A DNA stretch of 63,993 nt, counting the filler, from Dimargaris cristalligena (taxonomy: Eukaryota), in NCBI GenBank assembly GCA_003614675.1. It is 4 parts of 4 records of this genome, joined end to end, with 100 filler letters (N's around TTAATTAATTAA, not from the genome) between each part and the next. Parts side by side here need not be neighbours in the genome. Positions count along the whole stretch, not along the records: positions 16,947 to 33,783 come from ML002829.1; positions 33,884 to 50,692 come from ML002830.1; 2 more parts are not named here. One strand, written 5' to 3'. A program made the translations under genes and the position numbers. Shown piece by piece: positions 23,615-33,937 of this stretch. The notes below the pieces were generated by a model that saw only the letters and a program-made list of their open reading frames with translations, was not told the DNA's origin and did not search any database. Position 1 is the stretch's first letter, and each line of letters opens with the position of its first letter.

Positions 23615-26600
23615 TTAACTGGTAGAGGATGGTGGTGGTAGGTTATGTGTGGTGTTCGATGCAACTGTGGTATGATCCGCTGTCGGTAAGCCGTTAAACA
23701 TTCCTGCGGCCGTATTGGCCGCCTGCATTCGTTGTAGAAGTGCCAAATGTTGTTGATGCTGTTGATGTTGCTGCTGATGATGAGCAGTTAGGTTGGGCGG
23801 ATGGTTAGCTGCCGCTAAAGCATGCGGGTTCATGAGTAACCCCTGTGCCGCCAATTGCTGCTGCTGGGCAATGTACTGTTGATAGAATTGCTGCTGAGAA
23901 TTGGCGGCGGACATGTTATTAATCGAAGGACTGCCGTTATTACCGCCCATACCGCCTACACCACCCATACCGACCCCGCTTTCTCTTCTAACGCTATTGG
24001 CCAAATGATCCGCCGCCAAAGCTGCTTGAAGGTCGTTATGTCTTTGGCGCTGCATCAGCTGGTTCGACAAGTGTGCTTGAAGTGCAAGTTGTTGCTGTTG
24101 CTGCTGATGTTGCTGTTGTTGCTGTTGTTGCTGATGGCGATGGAGTTGTTGTTGCAACTGCTGCTGTTGGGCTAGAGCGTAAAGCTGGGCTTGGGTCAGA
24201 GTCGACATATTAGGATGGACACCAATGGCAGCACCACCACTACCAACTCCGCTATTACCGGCCATTGATACGGCGATTGACGAACCATTTTGGGTAACCG
24301 AGCCCGCCGACTGCTGGGAAGACATAGCGGTAGCCGAGTTGTGATGGAGTTGGGTCATGGCAGAATTAGCTAGGTTACCCGTGACCGAGGTTGAGCCTCC
24401 TCCTGCTACCTGCTCGCTATAACCGAGCGGCACAGTGGACAAGTACTGCTGGGCAGCTGAGGTCCTTCGCGCCATATCGTTGGCCATTGGTGCGCTGATG
24501 TTAGGTAAATGACCACCACCGCCGCCGCCGAGGAGTGAGGATACTGATATTGGGGAATATAATGAGGCGGTCGACACACCTGAGGAATGGTTGTTGCTCA
24601 TGGGTGAGGATGTCGAGGACAGGCCATTCCCACCGCTGAGTTGGCCGGCAGCGGCACTCACCATCTGTTGTTGATATTGCTGAAGGGCCTGCAGGTTAGT
24701 CAAGTTAAACATGTGCTGCATAGAGGCCAAATCAGTGGGATTACCTATACCAGCAGGTGTGGCGGTGTTGAAATTAAGGCCCCCTCCCTGCATCATATAT
24801 TGAAGGTAGTTAGGGGTAAGGTCCTGGGCCATATCCAGTAGATTCGATTGGCTCATCAGGGATTGTTGCTGCTGTGCCGATTCCGAGGGGAGGGGGTGGC
24901 TAATAGACAAGCCCATTCCATTGGCGGTAGGTTGGCCCAAGTCGGTGGAACCAGGCGCACTGCCATTGCGTGCAGTTGGAATCGTTGACGATTCGCTCCG
25001 GGTCTGGGCCAATCCCGGGAATTGATTGTCAAACGCGGCTAGCACGGTAGGTTTCAATGCCGTCAAAAAAGTGGCCCAGTCTTCGGTATCGGGAAGTGCC
25101 GGGAATTGATCACGAAGCGTCTGGCGAAAATGGCGGGCACACACATAGTTCTGGGCCCAGTATTTGCCGATATCCTGGAGAATGTGAAAAACCTGGATGA
25201 GGTAGTCCGCGGCAGTCGCCACGCGGGTCCGGTCCGGTCCCCGGGGGTTGTTATTGGCACCGTGGCCACTTGGGCTGCGGTCCGGAACCAACAATACACC
25301 CCCAATATTATCGATGAGAACAAAGCCGGCGTTAATCAGACACATGCCAAAGAAGCTATTATAGTACTGGATAGACAAGTGCTCCGATAGTTCCATGAGT
25401 TGCACAATCGCTTCGGCTGATTTCCAGCATAGTTCCTGGGCGTTCAGTAACGTGCGGGGGTCCAAGTGAACTTGGGAAAGGAAGTGGCTGTCCGTCCGAT
25501 TGGTGATGATCACGGCCGTATAGTACAATGAGTGTAGGTTAATCAGATAGGAGCAGCTGGCGGGGTTAGAGCGCACGTGGGATTCGGACCAGCGTTGACC
25601 GGGTGGGATTTGCAGATGTGGGGGTAACTTCGAGAACCAGTCCACTAGCTCCTGGGTCAGGTTAGGTGCCCCAAGGAGCCATTTGTGGGCACTAATGGCC
25701 ACGCGGGATCGGAATACACTAATTTTGGAAATGATAAGGATGAGGTCCACATCGTAACCAGTCAAGTTCATGGCGGGCCGGGGGGGTTGCTGGGCCCGAC
25801 GGGCGTTGATAAGGGCCCGCTGGTGAAGGCCCATATTGGAATCTGTCATCTCGGAGTCGCCATTGCCGTTATGTCCAGCCGAGGACATATGTTTATTTAG
25901 GGAGGGTGGAACGGGGGATGTAATGTCGCTGAGGGACTGGCCAGTCGGGCTCATTTCCTGTATGGACCCGTTGCCGTTGTTACCGCTACTGTACGTAGCT
26001 ACGCCATCCCCGTCATCGCCTACCGAGATGAAATCCCGGATAACTTCTTCACTGCTCGGGTGGTTTACTTTGCAGTCGTCTGGGTGTAGTGAGGGAGGGC
26101 GATTCATGGCTAGGGAAGTGAGATTTTCGGTGATAAAGGTAAGCCACCACACCCGCCGCTTAGTTTCCCGCTGTTGCCATTCCCGGGCGGAGTAGGACCG
26201 GTGGGGGTCAGCATCGATACGGTTAAGCCCCATGCGCTGGGCCATGCGCGTGGCGATGCCAATGTACATCCATGCCGTTTCCTTTCCGCGGCCAATTTCA
26301 TAGAGGCCCAGTAGAATAAACGCCTGGATGTGGTCCAGCGAAGTGTGGCTCATGGCATTGACAGCCAGACCCTTGGCTTTTTCGAAGTAGACCTCGCCGG
26401 AACTGTACGGGGGGTCACGAATGACCAGGGACAGTGTCGAGTGACGACACGTGATCGCCAGGATGGTGTTGAGAAAGATGTCGGAAATCAGGTTCTGACG
26501 CCACCGTTTCATAAAGTCGGTGTAGGTGAAAACGCTCAGGAAGGGGTGCTTCGTTTTGAAGAAGAGTTCCACCAATGAGTTGACCACGGAGGGTTCGAAA

Positions 26601-27802
26601 TAGCGATCCGTATCGTTGCCTAGTCCCACGGGCGGGGCGGCCACGATACGCAGCTTGTTGGCATGGCCGCCCAAGTCGTGGGCGTGGTGGGACGAGTCCT
26701 GGCTGGGACTATCGCTGGACCCATTGTAGGACCTCTTGTTACTGTGGCCAGTGGTCTGAGTCGAGTTAAATCCGGGGGTTTGAGGGGTCAGGGGTGGGGG
26801 CTGTAACCCAGTACTGAAGGGCATAGTAGACGTTGAGCTACTGGTAGAGTGCTGTCGACCCAGGGTGGAGGAGGTACCAACAGCGGCAGCAGGGGCCGGG
26901 GCCATTGAAAGACTTCCCCCGTGAGCAGTGGCAGAGGGTACGGTGTTTAGCCCCAGTAAACCCATCGAGGGATATTCGGCAACGTTAGGGGGAGAGGATG
27001 ATGACGAGGAAGAGGTGACCAACTCGGCCAGGCGGCTTGCGGACAGGGTACCAGCCATATTGCCCCCATTGGCCATTTGGAGGGCGGGATTTTGTTGCAT
27101 CTGCATGTTCTGCAGGTGCTGTTCGAGGGTCTGAATCCGCTGGAACAATTCATTAATGTTTTTACTACTGTCATCTAAACCAACCAGGCCGAGGCCCAGT
27201 GACTGAAGGGACTCCATGGACAGAGGGCTTCCCCCGCCGCTCCCATCACCATTTGACCCATTCGGTAGGTGGGAGGACGAAAGACCGGTAGGGATACCGG
27301 CGGCCATGGCGGCGGCATTGACGTTGGGTAGTGGGTTGGGGGAATCGAGAGCGGAGGCCGAAAAATCCAAGGTGCCGAAGCCCGAGACGGTGGCGGGTCC
27401 GGACATATTGACCATAGTCGGTAGACCCCCCGGACCGGTGGATGGCGTCGATACCATCCCGGGGGGCGACTGAAGGTGGTGGTGACCCGAGGGGGCCGGT
27501 TGAAAAGAGAAGGTATTGGTCATTGTGTTGACATCGGGGCCACCACCGCCCATAGGTGGGGCTCTACCGCTGACGCCCTCAAGGATACTGCCTAAACCGT
27601 CCGCACTTCCGATGGTTTTGCGCGAACGTTTGCCGCGCACCCAGGGGCTGTAGTGGCAGGGGATTTGGTTGCGCCGACATGTACTGCACTCGGGTTTTTC
27701 GCCGGCGCATTTGATTTTCTTTTTGCGGCAAACGTCACAGGCGCGCATGAGCTTGGGCTCAGTGCAATCCCCGATACCAAGCAGGTCGTCTTGAAGACTC
27801 AT
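23615..27802 (-). CDS. Zn(II)2Cys6 transcription factor with fungal-specific TF domain and polyQ tail, 1395 aa
   Basis: RACDVCRKKKIKCAGEKPECSTCRRNQIPCHY; AWMYIGIATRMAQRMGL...ETKRRVWW; Q/H-rich C-terminus. Confidence 0.95.
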   Translation of the reverse strand: MSLQDDLLGIGDCTEPKLMRACDVCRKKKIKCAGEKPECSTCRRNQIPCHYSPWVRGKRSRKTIGSADGLGSILEGVSGRAPPMGGGGPDVNTMTNTFSFQPAPSGHHHLQSPPGMVSTPSTGPGGLPTMVNMSGPATVSGFGTLDFSASALDSPNPLPNVNAAAMAAGIPTGLSSSHLPNGSNGDGSGGGSPLSMESLQSLGLGLVGLDDSSKNINELFQRIQTLEQHLQNMQMQQNPALQMANGGNMAGTLSASRLAELVTSSSSSSSPPNVAEYPSMGLLGLNTVPSATAHGGSLSMAPAPAAAVGTSSTLGRQHSTSSSTSTMPFSTGLQPPPLTPQTPGFNSTQTTGHSNKRSYNGSSDSPSQDSSHHAHDLGGHANKLRIVAAPPVGLGNDTDRYFEPSVVNSLVELFFKTKHPFLSVFTYTDFMKRWRQNLISDIFLNTILAITCRHSTLSLVIRDPPYSSGEVYFEKAKGLAVNAMSHTSLDHIQAFILLGLYEIGRGKETAWMYIGIATRMAQRMGLNRIDADPHRSYSAREWQQRETKRRVWWLTFITENLTSLAMNRPPSLHPDDCKVNHPSSEEVIRDFISVGDDGDGVATYSSGNNGNGSIQEMSPTGQSLSDITSPVPPSLNKHMSSAGHNGNGDSEMTDSNMGLHQRALINARRAQQPPRPAMNLTGYDVDLILIISKISVFRSRVAISAHKWLLGAPNLTQELVDWFSKLPPHLQIPPGQRWSESHVRSNPASCSYLINLHSLYYTAVIITNRTDSHFLSQVHLDPRTLLNAQELCWKSAEAIVQLMELSEHLSIQYYNSFFGMCLINAGFVLIDNIGGVLLVPDRSPSGHGANNNPRGPDRTRVATAADYLIQVFHILQDIGKYWAQNYVCARHFRQTLRDQFPALPDTEDWATFLTALKPTVLAAFDNQFPGLAQTRSESSTIPTARNGSAPGSTDLGQPTANGMGLSISHPLPSESAQQQQSLMSQSNLLDMAQDLTPNYLQYMMQGGGLNFNTATPAGIGNPTDLASMQHMFNLTNLQALQQYQQQMVSAAAGQLSGGNGLSSTSSPMSNNHSSGVSTASLYSPISVSSLLGGGGGGHLPNISAPMANDMARRTSAAQQYLSTVPLGYSEQVAGGGSTSVTGNLANSAMTQLHHNSATAMSSQQSAGSVTQNGSSIAVSMAGNSGVGSGGAAIGVHPNMSTLTQAQLYALAQQQQLQQQLHRHQQQQQQQQHQQQQQQLALQAHLSNQLMQRQRHNDLQAALAADHLANSVRRESGVGMGGVGGMGGNNGSPSINNMSAANSQQQFYQQYIAQQQQLAAQGLLMNPHALAAANHPPNLTAHHQQQHQQHQQHLALLQRMQAANTAAGMFNGLPTADHTTVASNTTHNLPPPSSTS

Positions 27803-29016
27803 TTCTGGCCAGGCCGGGTTAAAAGAGAGGGGGTATTTTTAAAAGGATAAAAAAGGAAAGAGAGAGAGAGGGTGTGTGTGTGTGTGTATGCGAGAATAAG
27901 GAGGGTTCAAAAAGAACGGACCTGGAATTCGAGAGACTGGGGTTCCTCCAGGGAAGCAAGGGATAAGTTGAGAGGGGCCAAGGCGTATAAATAGAATAGG
28001 CGCTGTATTAAAGGGGTCTATGGGTGGTGAACTTCGCAAAGGGTTGGTTAGTGGACGGGGGTAAGAGAGGAACCAGACAAATCGACGGAGGAGGGGTGAG
28101 AGGAGGATTAGGACTCGGGCAAAAGATGTAGTGAGTATATATCGAGAGTATCATAAGCAAAACGCCAAGAAACAAGAAAGGAATTCCAGACGACTGGTAA
28201 GTAAGTGTGTGAGGCTAGTTGAGAAGGGGAAATAATATGTGTAACGCAGGTTAAGTCGAATGGCTTCGGGAACTCGGGGAAGGAATGTCCGGAGGGGGAG
28301 GAACGGCACAGTAGGCGAATACGAAAAAATGGGGAGAAATAGTGAAGAAGAATATAAGGTCAGTAGTAGTAAAGAGAAAAGATAGGGAGAAGGGGGGCTT
28401 ATCCTATATTCCTCTTCCCTTGGCATGTAACCTGCATATATTAGCCATGGCGAGTGTATGCGCATATAGCATATACCCAATATAATAGGGGAGGATTTGT
28501 AGGAGGACGCCCTCATTCACTATTGCTATTGCGTATTCAGCACCAGCAGTGCCAATCAGCCCATCGCGCTATTTTTACCTGATTAATACAAAAGAGCCTG
28601 GAAGGCATGCCGCGGGCGCTGGGCAGCCTTGGCTGTGGTTGGTTCACTGGACTGGACTGGAGAGGGGAACAACTAATCACAGTGCCCCGACCGCAGTCTG
28701 CCCCGTTCGTTTCTCATGGTTGCACGCCTCCTCCAACTGGGAGAGGAAGTGGTGTAAGAAATTTCTCTCTACTGCGGGACCTTTTTATTAACAACTGGTT
28801 GTTGGTATGGTCTATATAGTAGATAATATCGAGATTATAATAAGTAAGGTCAAGAGGGCTTATTTTACCTATCAGCATAGACACACCCAAGCGGGGGAGT
28901 TGGTTGTTGTCACACAGAGCCACCCCTCCTCATTCAGCTTCTCACTCTCCGAATCTCCCTCCCTCCCTCCCTTCGGCTCCACTGCTGCACAACGCCCTTC
29001 AGAAGCCAACCCAGCT

Positions 29017-31241
29017 ATGGGGGCCCCTTCCAAATCAGCCCCCGTTTCTGTCCGCTTTATCTACATATACCCCCATTTTCCCTATGCCACTTCACTGCCG
29101 ACTTCCTCCGAGCCGCAACCCCCCTCATTAACCCCCTGTTCGCGGGAGGGTCGGTCGAACGAGGAGGATGTCCTTTCGGCCATTTACGATTGTCCCCATG
29201 TCTTTCCCAGTTGTCCCGGCTGTTGGCGCAAAATGGCCCGAGCTGACACGGCTCCAAGCCAATCGCCACCCCTCGCTCGGCCCGCCGCCGCCACCACCAC
29301 CACCACCACCACCACCACCACCGTGACTTGTCGCCGCTGCGGCATAACCACGGCTAACTCAAGGTTCATTCGGGTTACTTATTCTGTTCGCGCCCTGACG
29401 GTGATTAACCAACAGCTTCGTTTAGGTAAACCAAATTATAGCTTGATTTCCAAGCATCCCACCACCACCCTACTATTTAATATCAACTGCCCTCGTTTCC
29501 ATCACTACTGCTCGGGGCTGCGCTGCGCCGGCGGAGTCCCTTACCCAATAGCTGATTACGCCAGCATCCTACCGTCCCACTGCGTATTACCCAAGGAATT
29601 GTGACCCAAATGGCAGATTCTTACTCGTATTGGTATTATCGGTATTATTTTATTCCGGGGGCCCTCGACCAAAATATCCACTACACTATATACTATCAAC
29701 TAGTGGTAATGTTCGGCTCCCAACTCGATCAAATATTCGGTCTGTCGGCCGGCGATTATTACCGATGGTTCGGTCGCTATTCCCTATCAACTGGCCAGCC
29801 CGCCCACGCTCTCGTCCGGCAACTACTACGGACCAGATTGGTGGGATCCACTTGGACGGCTACCACCCGTGCGGGAAATCGCTCCATCCATCAAACCAAC
29901 CTCGCTCAAACTACGGGGTCAGGCCGTGTACCGTCGCAATGGACATCACTTACCATCGATCTCATCGGCCCCGAGTACCAGCCCCTGTGTTATACGCTTA
30001 CGGGGGTCACCCGATTTCTACAGGCGAACTGTTTGTATTATAGTGATATGCAATCGTGGGCTTGGGCCCAGGCCAACCGACTGCAAAAATACACCTACTC
30101 GGCCGACCCAAAGTCGGTATTCCCCCCGAGAGGCACAGGCCTAGATTCAACCAAGGACACCAAACCCGATACCACTGTGGTATTACCCCAGATCAAACCT
30201 CGTGTGGTTAGACGGCAGACCACCGAGGCAGTTCAACGGGAAATTGATGGTTGGCTAGATATGATAACCCGGGCTGCAGTAGGTCGCCTATTGACCAGTG
30301 TATCTGTCATTTGTAAATCACAGAATCATTCCTCTACCAATTTAACGCAACTGTCTCATGTGCCCCATATCCCCGCCATCGACCTGTTCGACGATGACCT
30401 GGACAAATACCTTGCAGAGCTAACTGTGGCCGATTGGAAGGCTCCTGACACTGACTCCGCCCAATTGAAGCAAGCGCGTCATCGTGGTGGTGGGTCCGAT
30501 TTGCTACCCAGCCCAACACCAGACCTGTCTTCCCTGCTTGAGCAGGTACAAGTTATAGATCCCACGGATCCCCGACGAGCTGACCAGAATCAGGCTATTC
30601 CCCCGCAATTAAATGGCCTTCCACCCCAATCCCCGGGCTCCCCAACCGTCGTGGTTACTGACTCCCCACTCAAGGTAGCCTCCCCTCTCGAATCCTCCTC
30701 CTCCTCCACCATCTCCCCATCCGTTGGGGAAATAGTGGCCCCTTTAACCAGCCCAACAAACTTATATGACCATTTCCTCGATGATGCCGATTTTCCAGCC
30801 AATCTACTGGCCCAACTCTCTGATTTCGAACTTATGGGCTGGACCCCCCAAAAATCCCCAACAGTAACCCCTGGCAATGCTTCGGCGATCCCGTCCTCTA
30901 CCCATATGTCTGTTAGTGAGGGACTTGGTCAAATACCTGCCCTCCATCCGCCTAAAGAGCCACTGTTGCCTTCCCCTGCACCGTCCGGATTATACAATCT
31001 GAACCGTGGTGGGGCTCAGGCACGGTTAGCTATCCATGGTACCCAGCACCCCCCACCCCCACATACCCCATCAGCAGTGGCAGTGGTAACTGATTCCAGT
31101 CCCCCCGAATCTACTGCCCCGCCTACTATTTCAGTACCACCAAAGCCATTCCCGGCTCCCGTAAAATTGGCCTCAAAAGTTTTTCATTACACAACCCCCA
31201 AAAAACCCCCCACCAGATATAACACCAATAAAATCGAATGA
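29017..31241 (+). CDS. DDIAS/noxin-like OB-fold (RPA1-C-like) zinc-ribbon protein; exons 29017-29425 and 29704-31241
   Basis: VFPSCPGCWRKM...TCRRCG...VTYSVRAL joined by an in-frame GT-AG intron (29426-29703) to VVMFGSQLDQIFGLSA, matching the DDIAS N-terminal pattern. Long S/P-rich disordered tail. Confidence 0.7.
29290..29322 (+). repeat. (CAC/ACC)n microsatellite encoding poly-Thr between the two CxxC pairs
   Basis: ccaccaccaccaccacc... read directly. Confidence 0.9.
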
Positions 31242-31753
31242 TGTATGTATGATAAAGGGGCGGGGATGTAATGGCTTCATATTGGTTGGCATAATCTTGT
31301 TGACGGCTTTAACTGTATTTTTTTCACATGCCAATTTTTTTGGAGTGGGGGAGGGAGTTATATATTTCATAGACAGCCAACTCATGACGTGTCACACTAC
31401 TGCGGTACTTTCTCCGCCTCTGTGTCTACTTCTGTATTTGGGCATAAGCGGACAACGCCATACGCATATTGGCAGAGTTGCCTAGATGCACTTTGTAATT
31501 ATCCCTTCCCCAAAGCTCAGCCCATATATTTCACTCGCTAGCAGAAGCCATTAACCCTTTTGGCCGTGGCAATGGTCCCTGCAGTTTGATTCTGTAAGTA
31601 TAGCCCATACCAGCCATTTAAATGATACTCGGTAGAGGTAATGTAAGAAAGGAAGATACTCTCAAGTTTATCGGTCCATTCCCCGCCTTATTTTTAAGGC
31701 GGGCCCCATGGTTTAGTGAAAATGGGCCCCACTGGGGCTTAGTAATGGATGTT

Positions 31754-33282
31754 TTAAATCTGGTAAACCCGTACCGCCAACTGACCTGCACTATTTAAAT
31801 GCACTATTCTATACTGATTAAAAACCACATCACAGTCATGATCAACCGAGGACGGCCAAATCACTGATTTAGTATCGAGCCACTGACCGACGGGCTGCCA
31901 CCCGAAGGACTGACAGCAGTACCGAACCTTGGCCAAGATCGGGCGCCGGAACAGGGCCATGAAAGGCCACAACCATTGGGCCACGGTAATATTACCGTAT
32001 TGAGCGGCCACCACCATGGTCAGAATCTGGTCACTGGAGCTCCAGGCGGGATGGCCCCACACCGCCAGCCGGATTTGGCGGAGCCACATGGGTCGGATTT
32101 GGGGTTTAATGGTGGCCCCGAAGATCATACTGGTGGTTAGGACTTCCGTCAATCCATCCGCAAGGTACTGGACCATGATCCGGCGGCGGCGTTCAGCTAG
32201 AGAGGCTAAATGCGGAGCTCGGCGGATGGGATGGTGGGCCATGGGCTGTTCCTGGATGATCGTAATCATGCCGACGTACGTTGCGGGAAGCCAGTCGCCG
32301 AGGTGGCGGAGGAGAGCTTCCACAAATGAATCGCCGGAGAAAAAGGCCGAAGCGGCCCAAATGGCCCGCTCGATATTCGCAATGACTAGTCCGTCCTCTG
32401 GTATAACGGCTTCCCCACTGGTTTCACCAGCCCGCACTTTTTCTTTTATTTCCCGTTTCCCTGCCCATACCCATGCCTCCTTGCCGTCGTCATCGTCGTA
32501 GTAGTCATTGTTGGGGGGCCCTTGTTGGGCTAAATACACCAGGGGATAAAAGGCCTGTAGCATCGTATCATCTAGTGTATGCAGAATCACGGCATGGGTT
32601 TGGTGGTCACGTAGGGTTTTTAGGGAGGGTCGAAAGGCCTCCAGAGTGGCTTGGAAATCGGAATTGTCGAGGATGGTTCGGGAGGGCGGACGTCCCAGTT
32701 TTCGTACTTGGCCCAAGGCATCGTACCGTAGGTTCCAGAGACCCTGCATAAGCAGATTGTTGACGAGAATGGGGCGAATATAGCCTTCGACTAAGGGGAA
32801 CAGCTGCTTATAGGCTTCATCGGCTTGGGACTCCACCAAGGGACTTGTGAGTTGCTTCTCGTCCATCTTCATAAGATAATCGAACGCCTGTTTGGTTTAA
32901 TGGGTTTTTTAAAACACGCACATATATATATATATAACAGCGATGTATAGCTACCTACAATTAGAGGAAATATTAATAGACACTGGTAAAAATAGGTGAT
33001 AATTCAATTTGTCGAATTTCACCCCTCAGTACATGTCTATTTTAATCAAAAACCTACTTTTTGGTTCCGGCGGATGCGTTCCTGGGTGATTATAGCTTTC
33101 CAGGTTGGACTAACTTGGCTAGCCGTCAGTTGGTCTTCGAACGTCTTGACATTGTTTAACGCCAGACCCACTACCTCGGTGGGTAGGTCATCAACGGTTT
33201 GTTGGGCAGTTATTGGGTTTAATTGAACCAACACTATCCCCACTAACGACCAGATGGTCAAGGCCCACTTCGGAGCAAACAT
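31754..33282 (-). CDS. Secreted F-box-like effector candidate; exons 33282-33058 and 32887-31754 (~452 aa)
   Basis: Signal peptide MFAPKWALTIWSLVGIVLVQLNPITA, then DDLPTEVVGLALNNVKTFEDQLTASQVSPTWKAII (F-box pattern). Phase-0 GTAGGT...CAG intron. Ankyrin-like AAQYGNITVAQWL near the C-terminus. Confidence 0.7.
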
Positions 33283-33783
33283 CAGTATAACTATCACCGC
33301 TAAACAGATACGGTGAATACAGTTGGGATTAAGCGCGGTATCGGAAGTCAGAACAAAGTAGAAATAAGCTAAAGGGGTGAATCGTCAAAACTTAGCTGGC
33401 GGGGACCCACTCAATATTTAAATAAGGGGTTTCGCTCTGAATAGCATGTGCTGCTTCCTCCATTTCCTCCCTCCTTTCCCCATAAGACCGTTCACACACA
33501 CACACACATATATATATATATACCCCCATATATACCTTCATATGTACCACCTAACACTGTCCCTGTAGAGCTCATCATTGTGGAGCCATTTTTGCAAGTA
33601 GGAAAACATTGGTCCGTTACTAAATATGATAGTCTGCTCAGTTACGAGTCTTGCGGTATTTCCATATTTACCCTTCGGCGTAGCAATTGCCGGAGGGAAG
33701 CATTAACAGTCTGCGACTGCATCCGGCTTTATTGGGCGTTGATAGCCTAAAAAAATTGGAGCAGGGTGGGGGAGCTGAAATGG

Positions 33784-33883
33784 NNNNNNNNNNNNNNNNN
33801 NNNNNNNNNNNNNNNNNNNNNNNNNNNTTAATTAATTAANNNNNNNNNNNNNNNNNNNNNNNNNNNNNNNNNNNNNNNNNNNN
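33784..33883. other. Artificial contig spacer
   Basis: Ns plus TTAATTAATTAA. Confidence 0.97.
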
Positions 33884-33937
33884 GAGAGCGCTCGCTTAGC
33901 ATGCGAGAGGCACGGGGATCGATACCCTGGTCCTCCA
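33884..33937 (+). tRNA. tRNA-Ala(AGC), 5' part lost in the gap
   Basis: Anticodon arm CTCGC-TTAGCAT-GCGAG (AGC at 33898-33900), T-arm CGGGG-ATCGATA-CCCTG, acceptor 3' strand GTCCTCC-A with U70 (the Ala G3:U70 identity position). Confidence 0.9.
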
